A model generated the notes under the pieces. The model had not been told where the DNA came from. It saw only the letters and a program-made list of their open reading frames with translations, and did not search any database. A DNA stretch of 64,000 nucleotides from Deltaproteobacteria bacterium (GTDB lineage: Bacteria > JAGRBM01 > JAHCIT01): the NCBI GenBank assembly GCA_026129095.1, contig JAHCIT010000003.1, forward strand, positions 248,001-312,000, given 5' to 3'. Position numbers and translations under genes: made by a program. Shown in pieces: positions 49,389 to 59,136 of this stretch (its first letter is position 1; each line of letters begins with the position of its first letter).

Positions 49389-51014
49389 ATGGGTATACTC
49401 ACCACGCTGCTTGTTGTGCCGGTCATCGGGGCCATTACGGTCGCGGTGCTCGGCAAGCTGTTCGACGACCAGACCCCTGCCCGGCTCGCCGGACTGTGGT
49501 TTGCCGCGGCGGAGTTCGTGCTCTCCCTTTACCTCTGGTGGGCCTTCAGCCCGGCCGCGGCCGGAATGCAGTTCGTTGAAAGCTACCACTGGATCGAACC
49601 CTACGGGATCAAATACCTGGTCGGCATTGACGGGCTCTCGCTCCTGCTCGTCATTCTCACGACATTCCTTGTCCCGCTGATCCTGCTCTCGGCATGGAGC
49701 GCCGTGGATCGCCGACCGGCCGGGTATTTCGCCTCGATGCTGCTCCTGGAGGCGGGAATGCTCGGCGCGTTCTTCGCCCAGGATATCTTCCTTTTCTACG
49801 TCTTCTGGGAAGTGATGCTGGTCCCTATGTACCTGCTCATCGGGATCTGGGGAGGCGAACGCCGCCTGTACGCGGCCGTGAAGTTTTTCCTTTACACGAT
49901 GGCCGGTTCGGTCCTCATGCTGCTCGCCATCCTTGCCACTGTCTATCTCTACTACCAGTCAGCCGGGAAAGTGACCTTCGAACTGGCTGCCCTCGCCGGC
50001 CAGCAGCTCCCCCTTTCAACCCAGCGCTGGCTGTTTGCCGCCTATGCCCTGGCGTTTGCCATCAAGGTGCCGATCTTTCCGCTCCACACCTGGCTCCCCG
50101 ACGCGCACGTCGAGGCCCCCACGGGCGGTTCGGTCATTCTGGCCGGAATACTGCTGAAACTCGGCACTTACGGCTTCCTCCGCTACGCCATGCCGCTCTA
50201 CCCCGCCGCCGCGCTGGAAGCTGCCCCCTATTTCATGGCGCTTGCCGTGGCAGGCATCATCTACGGCGCCCTCGTTGCGCTGGTTCAGCCGGATATCAAG
50301 AAGCTCGTCGCCTATTCGTCCGTATCGCACCTTGGTTTCGTCGTACTGGGCATTTTTGCCTTCACCGAAGCCGCTACCTCCGGTGCCATCTACCAGATGC
50401 TGAACCACGGCATTTCGACCGGAATGCTCTTTTTCCTTGTGGGCGTGGTCTACGAGCGCCGCCATACCCGGCTGATCCGCGACTATGGGGGCCTCGCGAA
50501 GGTGATACCGGTCTATTCATTCCTCCTGATCGTGGCGACGATGGCATCGGTCGGACTGCCCGGAACAAACGGTTTCGTGGGCGAATTCTCCATCCTGTAC
50601 GGCACATTCATCTCCCGGATGGCGGGAGCCAAGGCCGCCACCGCCCTTGCCGCCACGGGCGTGATCCTCGGCGCCGTTTACATGCTGTGGATGGTCCAGC
50701 GGGTTCTCTACGGCCCTGTAACCAGCGTGGAAAACCAGAAACTCAAGGACGTAAACGGCCGCGAACTGGCTTATCTCGTTCCGCTGGCCATTCTCATCGT
50801 CCTCATGGGGGTATATCCCAAACCCTTCATGAATACGTTCAAAAACGCATCCAGGGAACACCTCGCCCGGTTTTCAAAGGTGAGCGTGCTGGCAACACTG
50901 CCCGCCAGCGATCTGGACGGCCGGGAAATCATCACCGCCAGGTTCGCCGCTGACGACGATGCGGCAGGCCGCACACAGGTTGCCCTGCAACAGGAAACCG
51001 GAGGCCGCCCATGA
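49389..51014 (+). CDS. nuoM: Complex I subunit M (operon 2)
   Basis: GIDGLS, FWEVML, IKVPIFPLHTWLPDAH, LLKLG, FVGEF. ATG at 49389 (TTG at 49383 is an alternative). Confidence 0.96.
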   Translation: MGILTTLLVVPVIGAITVAVLGKLFDDQTPARLAGLWFAAAEFVLSLYLWWAFSPAAAGMQFVESYHWIEPYGIKYLVGIDGLSLLLVILTTFLVPLILLSAWSAVDRRPAGYFASMLLLEAGMLGAFFAQDIFLFYVFWEVMLVPMYLLIGIWGGERRLYAAVKFFLYTMAGSVLMLLAILATVYLYYQSAGKVTFELAALAGQQLPLSTQRWLFAAYALAFAIKVPIFPLHTWLPDAHVEAPTGGSVILAGILLKLGTYGFLRYAMPLYPAAALEAAPYFMALAVAGIIYGALVALVQPDIKKLVAYSSVSHLGFVVLGIFAFTEAATSGAIYQMLNHGISTGMLFFLVGVVYERRHTRLIRDYGGLAKVIPVYSFLLIVATMASVGLPGTNGFVGEFSILYGTFISRMAGAKAATALAATGVILGAVYMLWMVQRVLYGPVTSVENQKLKDVNGRELAYLVPLAILIVLMGVYPKPFMNTFKNASREHLARFSKVSVLATLPASDLDGREIITARFAADDDAAGRTQVALQQETGGRP

Positions 51015-52504
51015 ACGACCTCTACTACTGGACCATTGCCCCCCAGCTTGTCGTGCTGGGAACCGCCATTCTGGTTCTCTGCCTGTCCATGCTGGTAAAG
51101 GACCGTCACGCCGGGATTCATACCCTGCTGGGTTTTACCGGACTTGCGGTTGCCGGAGGATGGCTCACCCGCCTGCTCGGCTACCACACGACCTCGTTCG
51201 GCAACATGGTCGTCGTGGACGGATTTTCCACGATTTTGCAGGCTGCAATCATCGCCGGAGCCGCGCTGTCGCTGCTCATTGCCAGCGATCACCTCTCCCG
51301 GAACCGGAACGAACACGCAGGGGAATATGTCTCGCTGCTCCTCTTTGCCACATGGGGCATGATGCTGCTGGCCACTGCCGCTGACCTCATCATGGTGTTT
51401 CTGGCCATCGAGGTGATGTCGATTTCGGTCTACGTGCTGACAGGTTTTGCCCGGCGGCGAGATACCTCGATCGAAGCAGCACTTAAATATCTGGTTATAG
51501 GAGGGTTCGCGTCCGCCTTCCTCCTGTACGGCATTGCACTGATCTATGGCGCCACCGGGACCACCAACCTCGTCGCCGTCCGGACATCACTGGCGAGCGG
51601 CACCTTTGGTGGCGAATCCATGCTCGCCCTTCTCGGAACCGGCTTCCTGCTGACCGGCCTTGGTTTCAAGATCGGTGCGGTCCCGTTCCATATGTGGGCC
51701 CCTGACGTCTACCAGGGCGCGCCGACACCCGTCACGGCATTCATGAGCGTCGGCGTCAAGGCGGCCGCCACCGGCGCATTGGCCCGCATCGCACTGGAGG
51801 CACTCGCCCCCCTCTCCGACCGCTGGTATCCGGCCCTGCTGGCCCTTGCCATCCTGACCATGGTGGCCGGAAACCTGCTGGCCCTCCGCCAGACCGATCT
51901 CAAGCGGCTTCTGGCCTATTCGTCCATCGCCCACGCCGGGTACCTGCTCGTGGGCCTTGCGGCCGCCATCCAGCCGGGAGCCGGGAACCAGGCCACAGCC
52001 GGTATTCTTTTTTATCTTTTGACCTACGCCGTAACCAATACCGGCGCTTTTGCCGTCATCATCGCCGTCCAGCCGGATACCGGGGAACGGACCTCGCTCA
52101 GCGATTTCCGGGGCCTCAGCCAGAAGCGGCCCCTGATGGCCCTTCTGCTCACCCTGTTCCTGCTGTCGCTGGCCGGGATCCCCCCGCTCGCCGGTTTTGC
52201 CGGCAAGTTCTACCTGTTCTCCGCAGCCATCCAGTCGAAGCTCTACCTGCTGGCCATCGCCGGCGTCCTTTCAGCCGTCGTGGGGGTTTACTACTACCTG
52301 CGCGTTATCGCCGTGATGTACATGGAAGAACCCGAGGCGAGCCCCTTCGGCACAAGCCGGTCCCTCCGGCCGGCGCTGGTCGCCGGACTGGCGGCCGCAG
52401 CGATCCTCGTCATGGAACTCGGCATTTCAGCCATTCCGGCAACCGGTGCCTTCAAGGCCAGCTACTTCGAGGCCATCCGGTCGCACCTTCAGGTGCTTTT
52501 CTAG
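51011..52504 (+). CDS. nuoN: Complex I subunit N (operon 2)
   Basis: LAIEVMS, EAALKY, FKIGAVPFHMWAPDVYQGAP, KRLLAYSSIAH, GFAGKF. Confidence 0.96.
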   Translation: MNDLYYWTIAPQLVVLGTAILVLCLSMLVKDRHAGIHTLLGFTGLAVAGGWLTRLLGYHTTSFGNMVVVDGFSTILQAAIIAGAALSLLIASDHLSRNRNEHAGEYVSLLLFATWGMMLLATAADLIMVFLAIEVMSISVYVLTGFARRRDTSIEAALKYLVIGGFASAFLLYGIALIYGATGTTNLVAVRTSLASGTFGGESMLALLGTGFLLTGLGFKIGAVPFHMWAPDVYQGAPTPVTAFMSVGVKAAATGALARIALEALAPLSDRWYPALLALAILTMVAGNLLALRQTDLKRLLAYSSIAHAGYLLVGLAAAIQPGAGNQATAGILFYLLTYAVTNTGAFAVIIAVQPDTGERTSLSDFRGLSQKRPLMALLLTLFLLSLAGIPPLAGFAGKFYLFSAAIQSKLYLLAIAGVLSAVVGVYYYLRVIAVMYMEEPEASPFGTSRSLRPALVAGLAAAAILVMELGISAIPATGAFKASYFEAIRSHLQVLF

Positions 52505-52546
52505 CAGGTAATTTTCCAGACAGGCCGTTCGCTGGGGACGGCCCCG

Positions 52547-52584
52547 CAAAAGGAAAGGGCCGGACAGTAACGTCCGGCCCTTTC
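52547..52584 (-). terminator. Intrinsic terminator between the convergent nuoN2 and pilY1 genes (possibly bidirectional)
   Basis: Perfect 13-bp stem GAAAGGGCCGGAC/GTCCGGCCCTTTC (52553-52584) with a 6-nt loop; followed by CTTTTG on the minus strand. Confidence 0.8.
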
Positions 52585-52606
52585 GGCGTTCAGCCCCGCT
52601 CGCTGC

Positions 52607-55600
52607 TTACGGGATGAACTCCTGCCCGATCACATTGAACCAGCGGGCCGGCACCTGCTTGTGGAACTCTTCCAGCGGTGGCGGCAGTTCGTTGCCCTGG
52701 AGAACCTGGATGGCTGATGGTGAGGCGACCGTGCCCTGCGGCGTGCGGACGGGCGGCGGGAGCAGCGCGCCCGGCTCCTCGTACTGCAGCAGGTCATCCT
52801 GCCCGGTCAGGATTTTCGGGTGGCAGCACACGGCCGGGGCCTTGATGACCGATGACTTGCCCGAGGAGCATCCGTCCACTGACTGGAGGTCTGACGGGAG
52901 CGCCAGTTCAGGAATAAAGGTCGTGATGAACATGTCACCATTGAAGATTACCGGCGATGAAAGGATCTTTTCGCCCTTGTAGCGCAGCCGGAGCGGGAAC
53001 ATCTGCGCGACCTTTGCCTCGGTCTCGTCCGAGACGCCGAAGTAGCCCGAATCCGCCGGACATTCGAAGTCGACCAGGGCCGCATCCCCGCCATCCAGGG
53101 TTCCGCATCCTTTGCGATTCCGGTCCTTCAAGGCATAGAGGTAGTCCCAGTTCGTGATGTCATTTGGCTGCGCCAGGTCGCCGGTTCCGAAGAACAGGTT
53201 GATGTCACCGTTGCAGTCCTCGGTTGCCGCCGGGGCGTAGAAGATCGGCCGGCGCTTGAGCTCAGCCATCCATCCTGGTGCCGGGTTGAAAATATTGGGC
53301 ATCAGCGGATCAAACATCAGGCACGGGGAATCATCGCCGTCCAGGCCGCCGTTGTTGTTGAGATCCTTTCTCCACTTGACGGGGTCCGGGTCAGAAACGA
53401 CGATTTTCCAGAGCCTGCCCTCGATATCGCCCAACAGGATGTTGTCCACGAAACCGTTGTCGGTCCGGTCCAGCAGCAGCATCTCGCCGGGAACCGAATT
53501 GAACCGCGGATCCTGCGCCGCCGGCAGATCGGGTACCCGGATATTCTGGTACAGGATGCCGCGCTCGATATCGAATATGAAAACCCAGTTGCCGACATCC
53601 TGCTGGCCGAGGTCGGGCAACCCCGGCGCGGGAGGCTGCGGACTGACTATGATCGTATTGTCCACGCCATTCACACACAGCCCTTCTGGAGTAGCCCCGC
53701 CCGGGCACTGGGCAGGATAGGCCGGGTTGATCGGATCGGTCGTCGTCGGGGCGGGATTGACGATCGTCTTGCCCGCGTTGGCCCAGCAAGTCGTATCGGT
53801 AGACGTATAATAACCGCAATCGCCCGGATTGACGAGAAAAGCGTCATTGTCGTCGGTTCGCGCCGCATTGAAGCCTCCGCCCACCGCGAACAGCCAGCGG
53901 CTGACCACAACGGACGCGTCATCCACCGGGTTATTCACCACACGGAACCGGCTGATGTTCGGCCGGCTGAACGTACGGGCCATATTCGGATGGCTTACTT
54001 CCCAGAGGAAACTCGGAGAGGTCGGGTCCGTCACATCCAGGGCATAGTAAGAAAACCCGCCGCCGCGAAGTCCGCCGATCAGGACGGTGTGGAAGGTATC
54101 GTCGTCCTCGGACGTAACGTCATTGCCGAGGAACTGCACGTTGCTGACAGTTACCTGGCCGTCAACCGAGAATACGACGCCCCGCATGGATTCTTTCATT
54201 CGCCGGGCGGCTTCACGCGGCATGAAACCGAACATCTCGTGCCCCGGCTTGAGCGTATTGCTCTTGATACCGGCGAGCGGATCTTCCAGCACGAAACCGT
54301 GCAGGAAGCCATCGTTTGCTCCCACATAAACGATCGTGGGGCGGATCTCGTTGTTATTGATGAAATCAACATATTTTGCGTTATTGCCGCCAATGAAGGG
54401 GTCGAAGAACGGTGCCTCCACGATGACCGGCGTGCTGTTGACGATGGGGCCCAGCGCCCAGGTCTTGACCGATCCGTCCTCGAACTTGATGTCCGTTCCG
54501 CCGGGGCCATCCTCGTCACGCAGGAACTCGATGACCGTTTCCGTTTCCGCCACGGTGGCGCCGCCCAATAGCGGCTGGATCTGGGTCTTGTTGTCCACCG
54601 TGAACGGGATGAACTTGGACGGGTCAATGGCCGGATTCACGGGCTCGCCGATCTGCGACCCCAGGGCCTTGTTGGCCGGATTGACCGCTGTCGGGATGTG
54701 GATCGGATTGAGCGAGATGTAGAGATCCCGCGGATCGGAAGTCGCCCGGTTCGTCAGGACCTGCCCTGCATCGAAATCGGGGATCGGGGCGGTATTCGTC
54801 TGGGATGCCCGGGCCAGTTCGCTGAACTTGTAGGTAACCAGATGGCCCATCCACCAGACGCTGTCAGCGGTGATCTCGAAATAGGCGTTCACTTCCTGTG
54901 AACTGCTGAACCCCGCGCCGGAGACGACGAACGCCGGCGCCGCGCGCGTATAGCTTCCCTTGATGATGCACTGGATCGCTTTCGTCAGCGCATCGGTCAG
55001 TTCCTGGGCGGAATAGGCCGTGTAGGCCTCCCCACCGTCATCATTCATCTGCAGGCATTTTTCCGGATCGGTCGGCGTCGCATCCGTTCCGCCGAAACGG
55101 GCTGCCACGTCGTTGGCGATCTTGAGCGGTGCATTGGTCGGCGCCACCAGACCGACCACATAGGTCATGATGCCGGGACCGGGATTCGGGTCCAGATTGT
55201 GGGTTGCCTGCCGGAGTTTTCCCGCCGGGAGGTAGGTTGACTGCCTCAGTGCCGACAGAACGGTCCGGACACCCGGACCCCAGTTTTCCACAAATGTGCT
55301 GGTATTCGCATTACAGGTCGTCGCAGCGCCCACCCATCCGGATCGGCCCGGTACATCAACAAGACCGTCCAGCGTATAGACCAGTCTCCGGTCCTGCCCG
55401 ACGCGGTTTTGCAGCCATCCGCGCCGCTTCACCTGAACCGGCGAATTGAACCACTGGTTGGTCGTGCAGCTCGCAATCCGGCAATCCAGGCTATACGAAT
55501 AGATGCACGGCAGCAGAAGCCGTCCCGCCTCGGAGTTTTGCGTCACAATGACGAATGGGTCGTTTGGCTGCGGCAATGCCGGCCAGGGAGAGGCAAATGT

Positions 55601-56890
55601 CATCTCCTTCGTTCCCGTGTTGTAACCTGTGATCTGCCTTGCAATCCACCGGTTAGGAGCCGACGAAGCATTCCCTCCCGTAAACACGACCCAGCGACCC
55701 TGATAGTTTGTGCCGCTCGTCGTCGTTGCCCGGAAAATCGCTGTCGTGGGTATCGTCGCCCCGGACACTGCCGTCGTCAGATCAGCCGGGGTATTGCAGC
55801 TAGTCACATAGTCCATGTTGAAGATGCGGTCTCCCCGGTTAGCAGCACACCGGCCAATGTAGTCAACATCCCATTGGGGCAGCTCCTGCCGTGCTGGCTG
55901 GGCTGTTTGCCCATAACCAACCGACTGTTCGCCGTCAGTCAGATAGACGATGAATGTCTGGCGGCACCGGAATGCCGGATCGGCCGGTATGGTCGCCTTG
56001 TTGGCACCGACCCCTTTTTCGAGCTGTGTCGCCCGGACGTGAGCGTCCTTGTAATCATCCCGGCAGATATAGGAGTTGTTGGGAGCGCCCATCGGAGCTT
56101 CCACATCGGCCCAGTTGATCGTCGGTCCCGCGTGGTTGAACCCTGTCGTCCAGTCGAATCTGCCCAGCTCCATTTCCTCGTACGTAAACTCCGGGTACGT
56201 GAACGTCCCCCAGATGAGTGGCGGCTTCAGCTTCATCACCGGGTGCTTGATCGGCGGCGAAGCAAGCTCATTGGTCGCAAGCCGCTTGAACCCGTCGTTC
56301 ATCCCCTCCTCGCCGATGATCCAGCAGCCTACATCCAGTAAATGTGAAGAGGTCGGTGTCCAGTCATTGGTCGGCGTATTGCGGATGAGCTGTTTCATCT
56401 GGCCCAGGTTGTCGTTCCGGAACTGGACGCTGTGGATGGAACCGGCCTGCGGGGAGAAGCTGAGGCCATCCACACTCCCAGTCCCGCCACCCGAAAACCG
56501 GCCAATCGCAAAGCGGACCTGGGCACCGAAAATGTCGATGATGCTGGTGCCGCTGTCGGAGTTGTCGCTGGCACCCTCGAAACCGGAGAGCACTTCGCGC
56601 ATGACGTCGGCGCGGCAGCGGCAAGGCGGCGGATTGCCGCCCGAAGGACCGCCACAGCCGTTACCGACGGTACAAGCCTGGCCCGGAGCATGCGGAATAT
56701 CCCGCGTGGTCATGGAGCCGGAGGTGTCCAGAGCAAGGAACACGTTGGGCTCCACGTTGGAGTCAGCGAAATACGGCACGTCGGCCACGGCTCCCGCCGG
56801 GAGCGGTCCTCCCAGAATGGCCGCCGCCGCGAAAAATGCCGCGCATGGCACCATCAGCCGTTTCAGTGAGATTTTTTCCTGCATAAACAT
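52607..56890 (-). CDS. pilY1: PilY1/PilC-family type IV pilus tip adhesin (vWA-like N-terminus, beta-propeller C-terminus)
   Basis: Signal peptide, LDTSGSM MIDAS, LTDG, IVNSTP, VYVGANDGFLHGF, YYALDVTDP, DRTDNGFVD Ca-loop, GDIEGRLWK, LFFGTG. Confidence 0.9.
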   Translation of the reverse strand: MFMQEKISLKRLMVPCAAFFAAAAILGGPLPAGAVADVPYFADSNVEPNVFLALDTSGSMTTRDIPHAPGQACTVGNGCGGPSGGNPPPCRCRADVMREVLSGFEGASDNSDSGTSIIDIFGAQVRFAIGRFSGGGTGSVDGLSFSPQAGSIHSVQFRNDNLGQMKQLIRNTPTNDWTPTSSHLLDVGCWIIGEEGMNDGFKRLATNELASPPIKHPVMKLKPPLIWGTFTYPEFTYEEMELGRFDWTTGFNHAGPTINWADVEAPMGAPNNSYICRDDYKDAHVRATQLEKGVGANKATIPADPAFRCRQTFIVYLTDGEQSVGYGQTAQPARQELPQWDVDYIGRCAANRGDRIFNMDYVTSCNTPADLTTAVSGATIPTTAIFRATTTSGTNYQGRWVVFTGGNASSAPNRWIARQITGYNTGTKEMTFASPWPALPQPNDPFVIVTQNSEAGRLLLPCIYSYSLDCRIASCTTNQWFNSPVQVKRRGWLQNRVGQDRRLVYTLDGLVDVPGRSGWVGAATTCNANTSTFVENWGPGVRTVLSALRQSTYLPAGKLRQATHNLDPNPGPGIMTYVVGLVAPTNAPLKIANDVAARFGGTDATPTDPEKCLQMNDDGGEAYTAYSAQELTDALTKAIQCIIKGSYTRAAPAFVVSGAGFSSSQEVNAYFEITADSVWWMGHLVTYKFSELARASQTNTAPIPDFDAGQVLTNRATSDPRDLYISLNPIHIPTAVNPANKALGSQIGEPVNPAIDPSKFIPFTVDNKTQIQPLLGGATVAETETVIEFLRDEDGPGGTDIKFEDGSVKTWALGPIVNSTPVIVEAPFFDPFIGGNNAKYVDFINNNEIRPTIVYVGANDGFLHGFVLEDPLAGIKSNTLKPGHEMFGFMPREAARRMKESMRGVVFSVDGQVTVSNVQFLGNDVTSEDDDTFHTVLIGGLRGGGFSYYALDVTDPTSPSFLWEVSHPNMARTFSRPNISRFRVVNNPVDDASVVVSRWLFAVGGGFNAARTDDNDAFLVNPGDCGYYTSTDTTCWANAGKTIVNPAPTTTDPINPAYPAQCPGGATPEGLCVNGVDNTIIVSPQPPAPGLPDLGQQDVGNWVFIFDIERGILYQNIRVPDLPAAQDPRFNSVPGEMLLLDRTDNGFVDNILLGDIEGRLWKIVVSDPDPVKWRKDLNNNGGLDGDDSPCLMFDPLMPNIFNPAPGWMAELKRRPIFYAPAATEDCNGDINLFFGTGDLAQPNDITNWDYLYALKDRNRKGCGTLDGGDAALVDFECPADSGYFGVSDETEAKVAQMFPLRLRYKGEKILSSPVIFNGDMFITTFIPELALPSDLQSVDGCSSGKSSVIKAPAVCCHPKILTGQDDLLQYEEPGALLPPPVRTPQGTVASPSAIQVLQGNELPPPLEEFHKQVPARWFNVIGQEFIP

Positions 56891-56941
56891 CGCTACTCTC
56901 CTGCTCTCGTCAAAAGGCGCCCGCGCCCCTGTGTCATCAGA

Positions 56942-57661
56942 TCAGTAAATGCACCCGGTGCTGGAATAAATGGTCCGGATGTATTCGATATCCAGATAGT
57001 TGGAATAGTACCGCTGGTCGTTCTGCGGCAGGTTCATCACAAACAGCCGGATGCCATACGTGCATTCGTCGCCCTGCCGGCCCTGCTGCTTGCCGACCTT
57101 GCTCGTCTTGATCGGAAGGACCGGATCGTAAAGCGCCATGACCGCACGCGTCTGGCCGCACGGCTTGAGCGGATCGCCGTCGTCGAACGTCATGGTGGGC
57201 TCGCCCTGGAAACGGGCAAGTGCCTGCGCTTCACGCTGGCGAAAGGCCTGCCAGTCCGGATCCTGTCCGCAAGCCGAAGATGGCGGGCACATGTCCGCCC
57301 CTTCCTCGTAACAGGTGGCCGGATCTTCCGGCCCGCTGGGAGCCACAACGTCACCGGCCGGCAGATAACTGGACATGTTGACCGTGTACATCGTCCGGCA
57401 TTTGTAGGCTCCGCCCTTGCGGGCCAGCACAATCTTCCAGTCGCCCAGGTTGTCAATCAGGTACTGCGATACCCGGTCACGGCAGTCCGCACGGGCAATG
57501 AACTTGCGCTCCGCCGATGCGCCCGCAAGGCCGACACCGGTGATGCTGAGGGTTCCGGCGGCCATGCCGGTCAGCATGAGCAGCATGCCCATCACGATAA
57601 CCATGGCGACGCCGCGGGAGGATCCGCGCCGCCTGAATTTGCCTGTAATGAACCGTTTCAT
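56942..57661 (-). CDS. pilX: PilX-like minor pilin
   Basis: RG|VAMVIVMGMLLMLT prepilin-like N-terminus lacking Glu5, directly before pilY1. ATG 57661 has a GGAG RBS; 57703 is an alternative start. Confidence 0.7.
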   Translation of the reverse strand: MKRFITGKFRRRGSSRGVAMVIVMGMLLMLTGMAAGTLSITGVGLAGASAERKFIARADCRDRVSQYLIDNLGDWKIVLARKGGAYKCRTMYTVNMSSYLPAGDVVAPSGPEDPATCYEEGADMCPPSSACGQDPDWQAFRQREAQALARFQGEPTMTFDDGDPLKPCGQTRAVMALYDPVLPIKTSKVGKQQGRQGDECTYGIRLFVMNLPQNDQRYYSNYLDIEYIRTIYSSTGCIY

Positions 57662-57702
57662 GTTCGGTACTCCGGATTTCATGCCGTCGCCAGACACCGG
57701 CA

Positions 57703-59118
57703 TCAGATACCCGTCCCTCCAAGGTCGTTGAAGCGGAAACTCTTCAATGGCGCGGTCAGTGTGTAGGAGATGCGGGCCATGTTGTTGATGCCGTTGTATT
57801 CCGGGATTTTCTGTGTGCGGTTCGACAGAACCGGGAACGTCGTGGTATCCGACGTCGCACCGCTCATGCGGGCCGTCGCGAACAGGAATGAGAACCGCAT
57901 CGTGGTGATGTCCGCCGTGATCGGCTCGGCACCCAGGATCACCGGAACCGGATACTCGATCTCCGATATACCCAGTGCACCCGGACGGGGGATCGGCATG
58001 GACGGATCGGACCCGAAGAAATACTCGATCTGCATGTCCTCGATGTTGTCGGCCACGATGGTCACGGCTTCCTTGTCCGGAAACTCCGGCCCCGTATAGT
58101 CATAGCGGGCGAGCATCGGGAACCCGCCGCCAGACGGGCGCATGATGTAATAGGTGTGCATGAATACCATCGAGGCGATGGTGCATTTGGTCCGTGCAGT
58201 TCCAGAGAGCCCAAGAAGTGCGTCCCGTTCGCTCAAGGCGCCGTCACAAGTGATCACTCCGCCGCCGGTATACTGGTTAAACAGCGGGTCTGATGAATCG
58301 TAATACGACGGGATAGACCCGCCCGTCAGGCCGCTGACGGTCGTGATCTCCTGCATCCACCGGTTAAAGGGCAATGCCTGTTCAACGGCATAGGAAACAT
58401 TATAGGAGTTGATTTCAGGCCCCGGTTCCACAGCGACGACGCGCACCATCCGGTAGCGGGACGTCTGGACCCGGCCCTCCCCCAGAGCCAGGGACCGGAC
58501 GACCATCAGTTGCCCTACATCCGTGGCCGAAATGCCCGGGTAGTAGTAGGACCGCTCGTCAGCCCGGAACAGCCGGTTGAAGAACTCAAACACGTTCGTC
58601 CGGTGCACGGAACCGCCGGCGTCGATGGTCCCGGCGCCAGTCACCGCCGACGCCCGGCCCATCGGGAAGTAGGTGAGTGTCAGCAAGCCAGCGCCATTGT
58701 CGGAAACCACGACCGCCGTGGGCGATGAAGCACCCACCAGCGTCACCTCATCGGAATCCGCCGCTCCACCGTCTCCCAGTGTCGAGGTTTCTGTCTCTTT
58801 TCCAAACTCATCGCCGGTTACCTTGCGCGGAATGACCGCCACGCCGAAGGTGGACTTGCCCCCTTCCCGGTTGAAGATGACGCCGGAGCCCGCATTGTGA
58901 ACGCTCTCGGTAACGAGTGAGGCCGCATCGCGGGCATTCTGGTAAAGCTGCGCGACCGATTGCCGCGGCATCCAGGCGCGGATGCCACCAACGAGTCCCT
59001 CGGCGGCACCTGCCACAATGATCGACAGCACACCCAGCGACACCATCAGTTCGATCAGCGAGAACCCGTGGTCTCGCCGGTTCTGAAACCGGTTTCTCAT
59101 GCGATTAACAATTTCCAT
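57703..59118 (-). CDS. pilW: PilW-like minor pilin (large, 471 aa)
   Basis: G|FSLIELMVSL N-methylation motif; VADNIEDMQIEY is typical of PilW. Confidence 0.8.
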   Translation of the reverse strand: MEIVNRMRNRFQNRRDHGFSLIELMVSLGVLSIIVAGAAEGLVGGIRAWMPRQSVAQLYQNARDAASLVTESVHNAGSGVIFNREGGKSTFGVAVIPRKVTGDEFGKETETSTLGDGGAADSDEVTLVGASSPTAVVVSDNGAGLLTLTYFPMGRASAVTGAGTIDAGGSVHRTNVFEFFNRLFRADERSYYYPGISATDVGQLMVVRSLALGEGRVQTSRYRMVRVVAVEPGPEINSYNVSYAVEQALPFNRWMQEITTVSGLTGGSIPSYYDSSDPLFNQYTGGGVITCDGALSERDALLGLSGTARTKCTIASMVFMHTYYIMRPSGGGFPMLARYDYTGPEFPDKEAVTIVADNIEDMQIEYFFGSDPSMPIPRPGALGISEIEYPVPVILGAEPITADITTMRFSFLFATARMSGATSDTTTFPVLSNRTQKIPEYNGINNMARISYTLTAPLKSFRFNDLGGTGI

Positions 59119-59136
59119 TGCGTTCAGTCCTCACAG

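Noticed and set aside
55829-55837. RGD tripeptide in PilY1 as an integrin-binding site
   Set aside because: A single tripeptide in 1427 aa is plausible by chance, and nothing here indicates an animal host.
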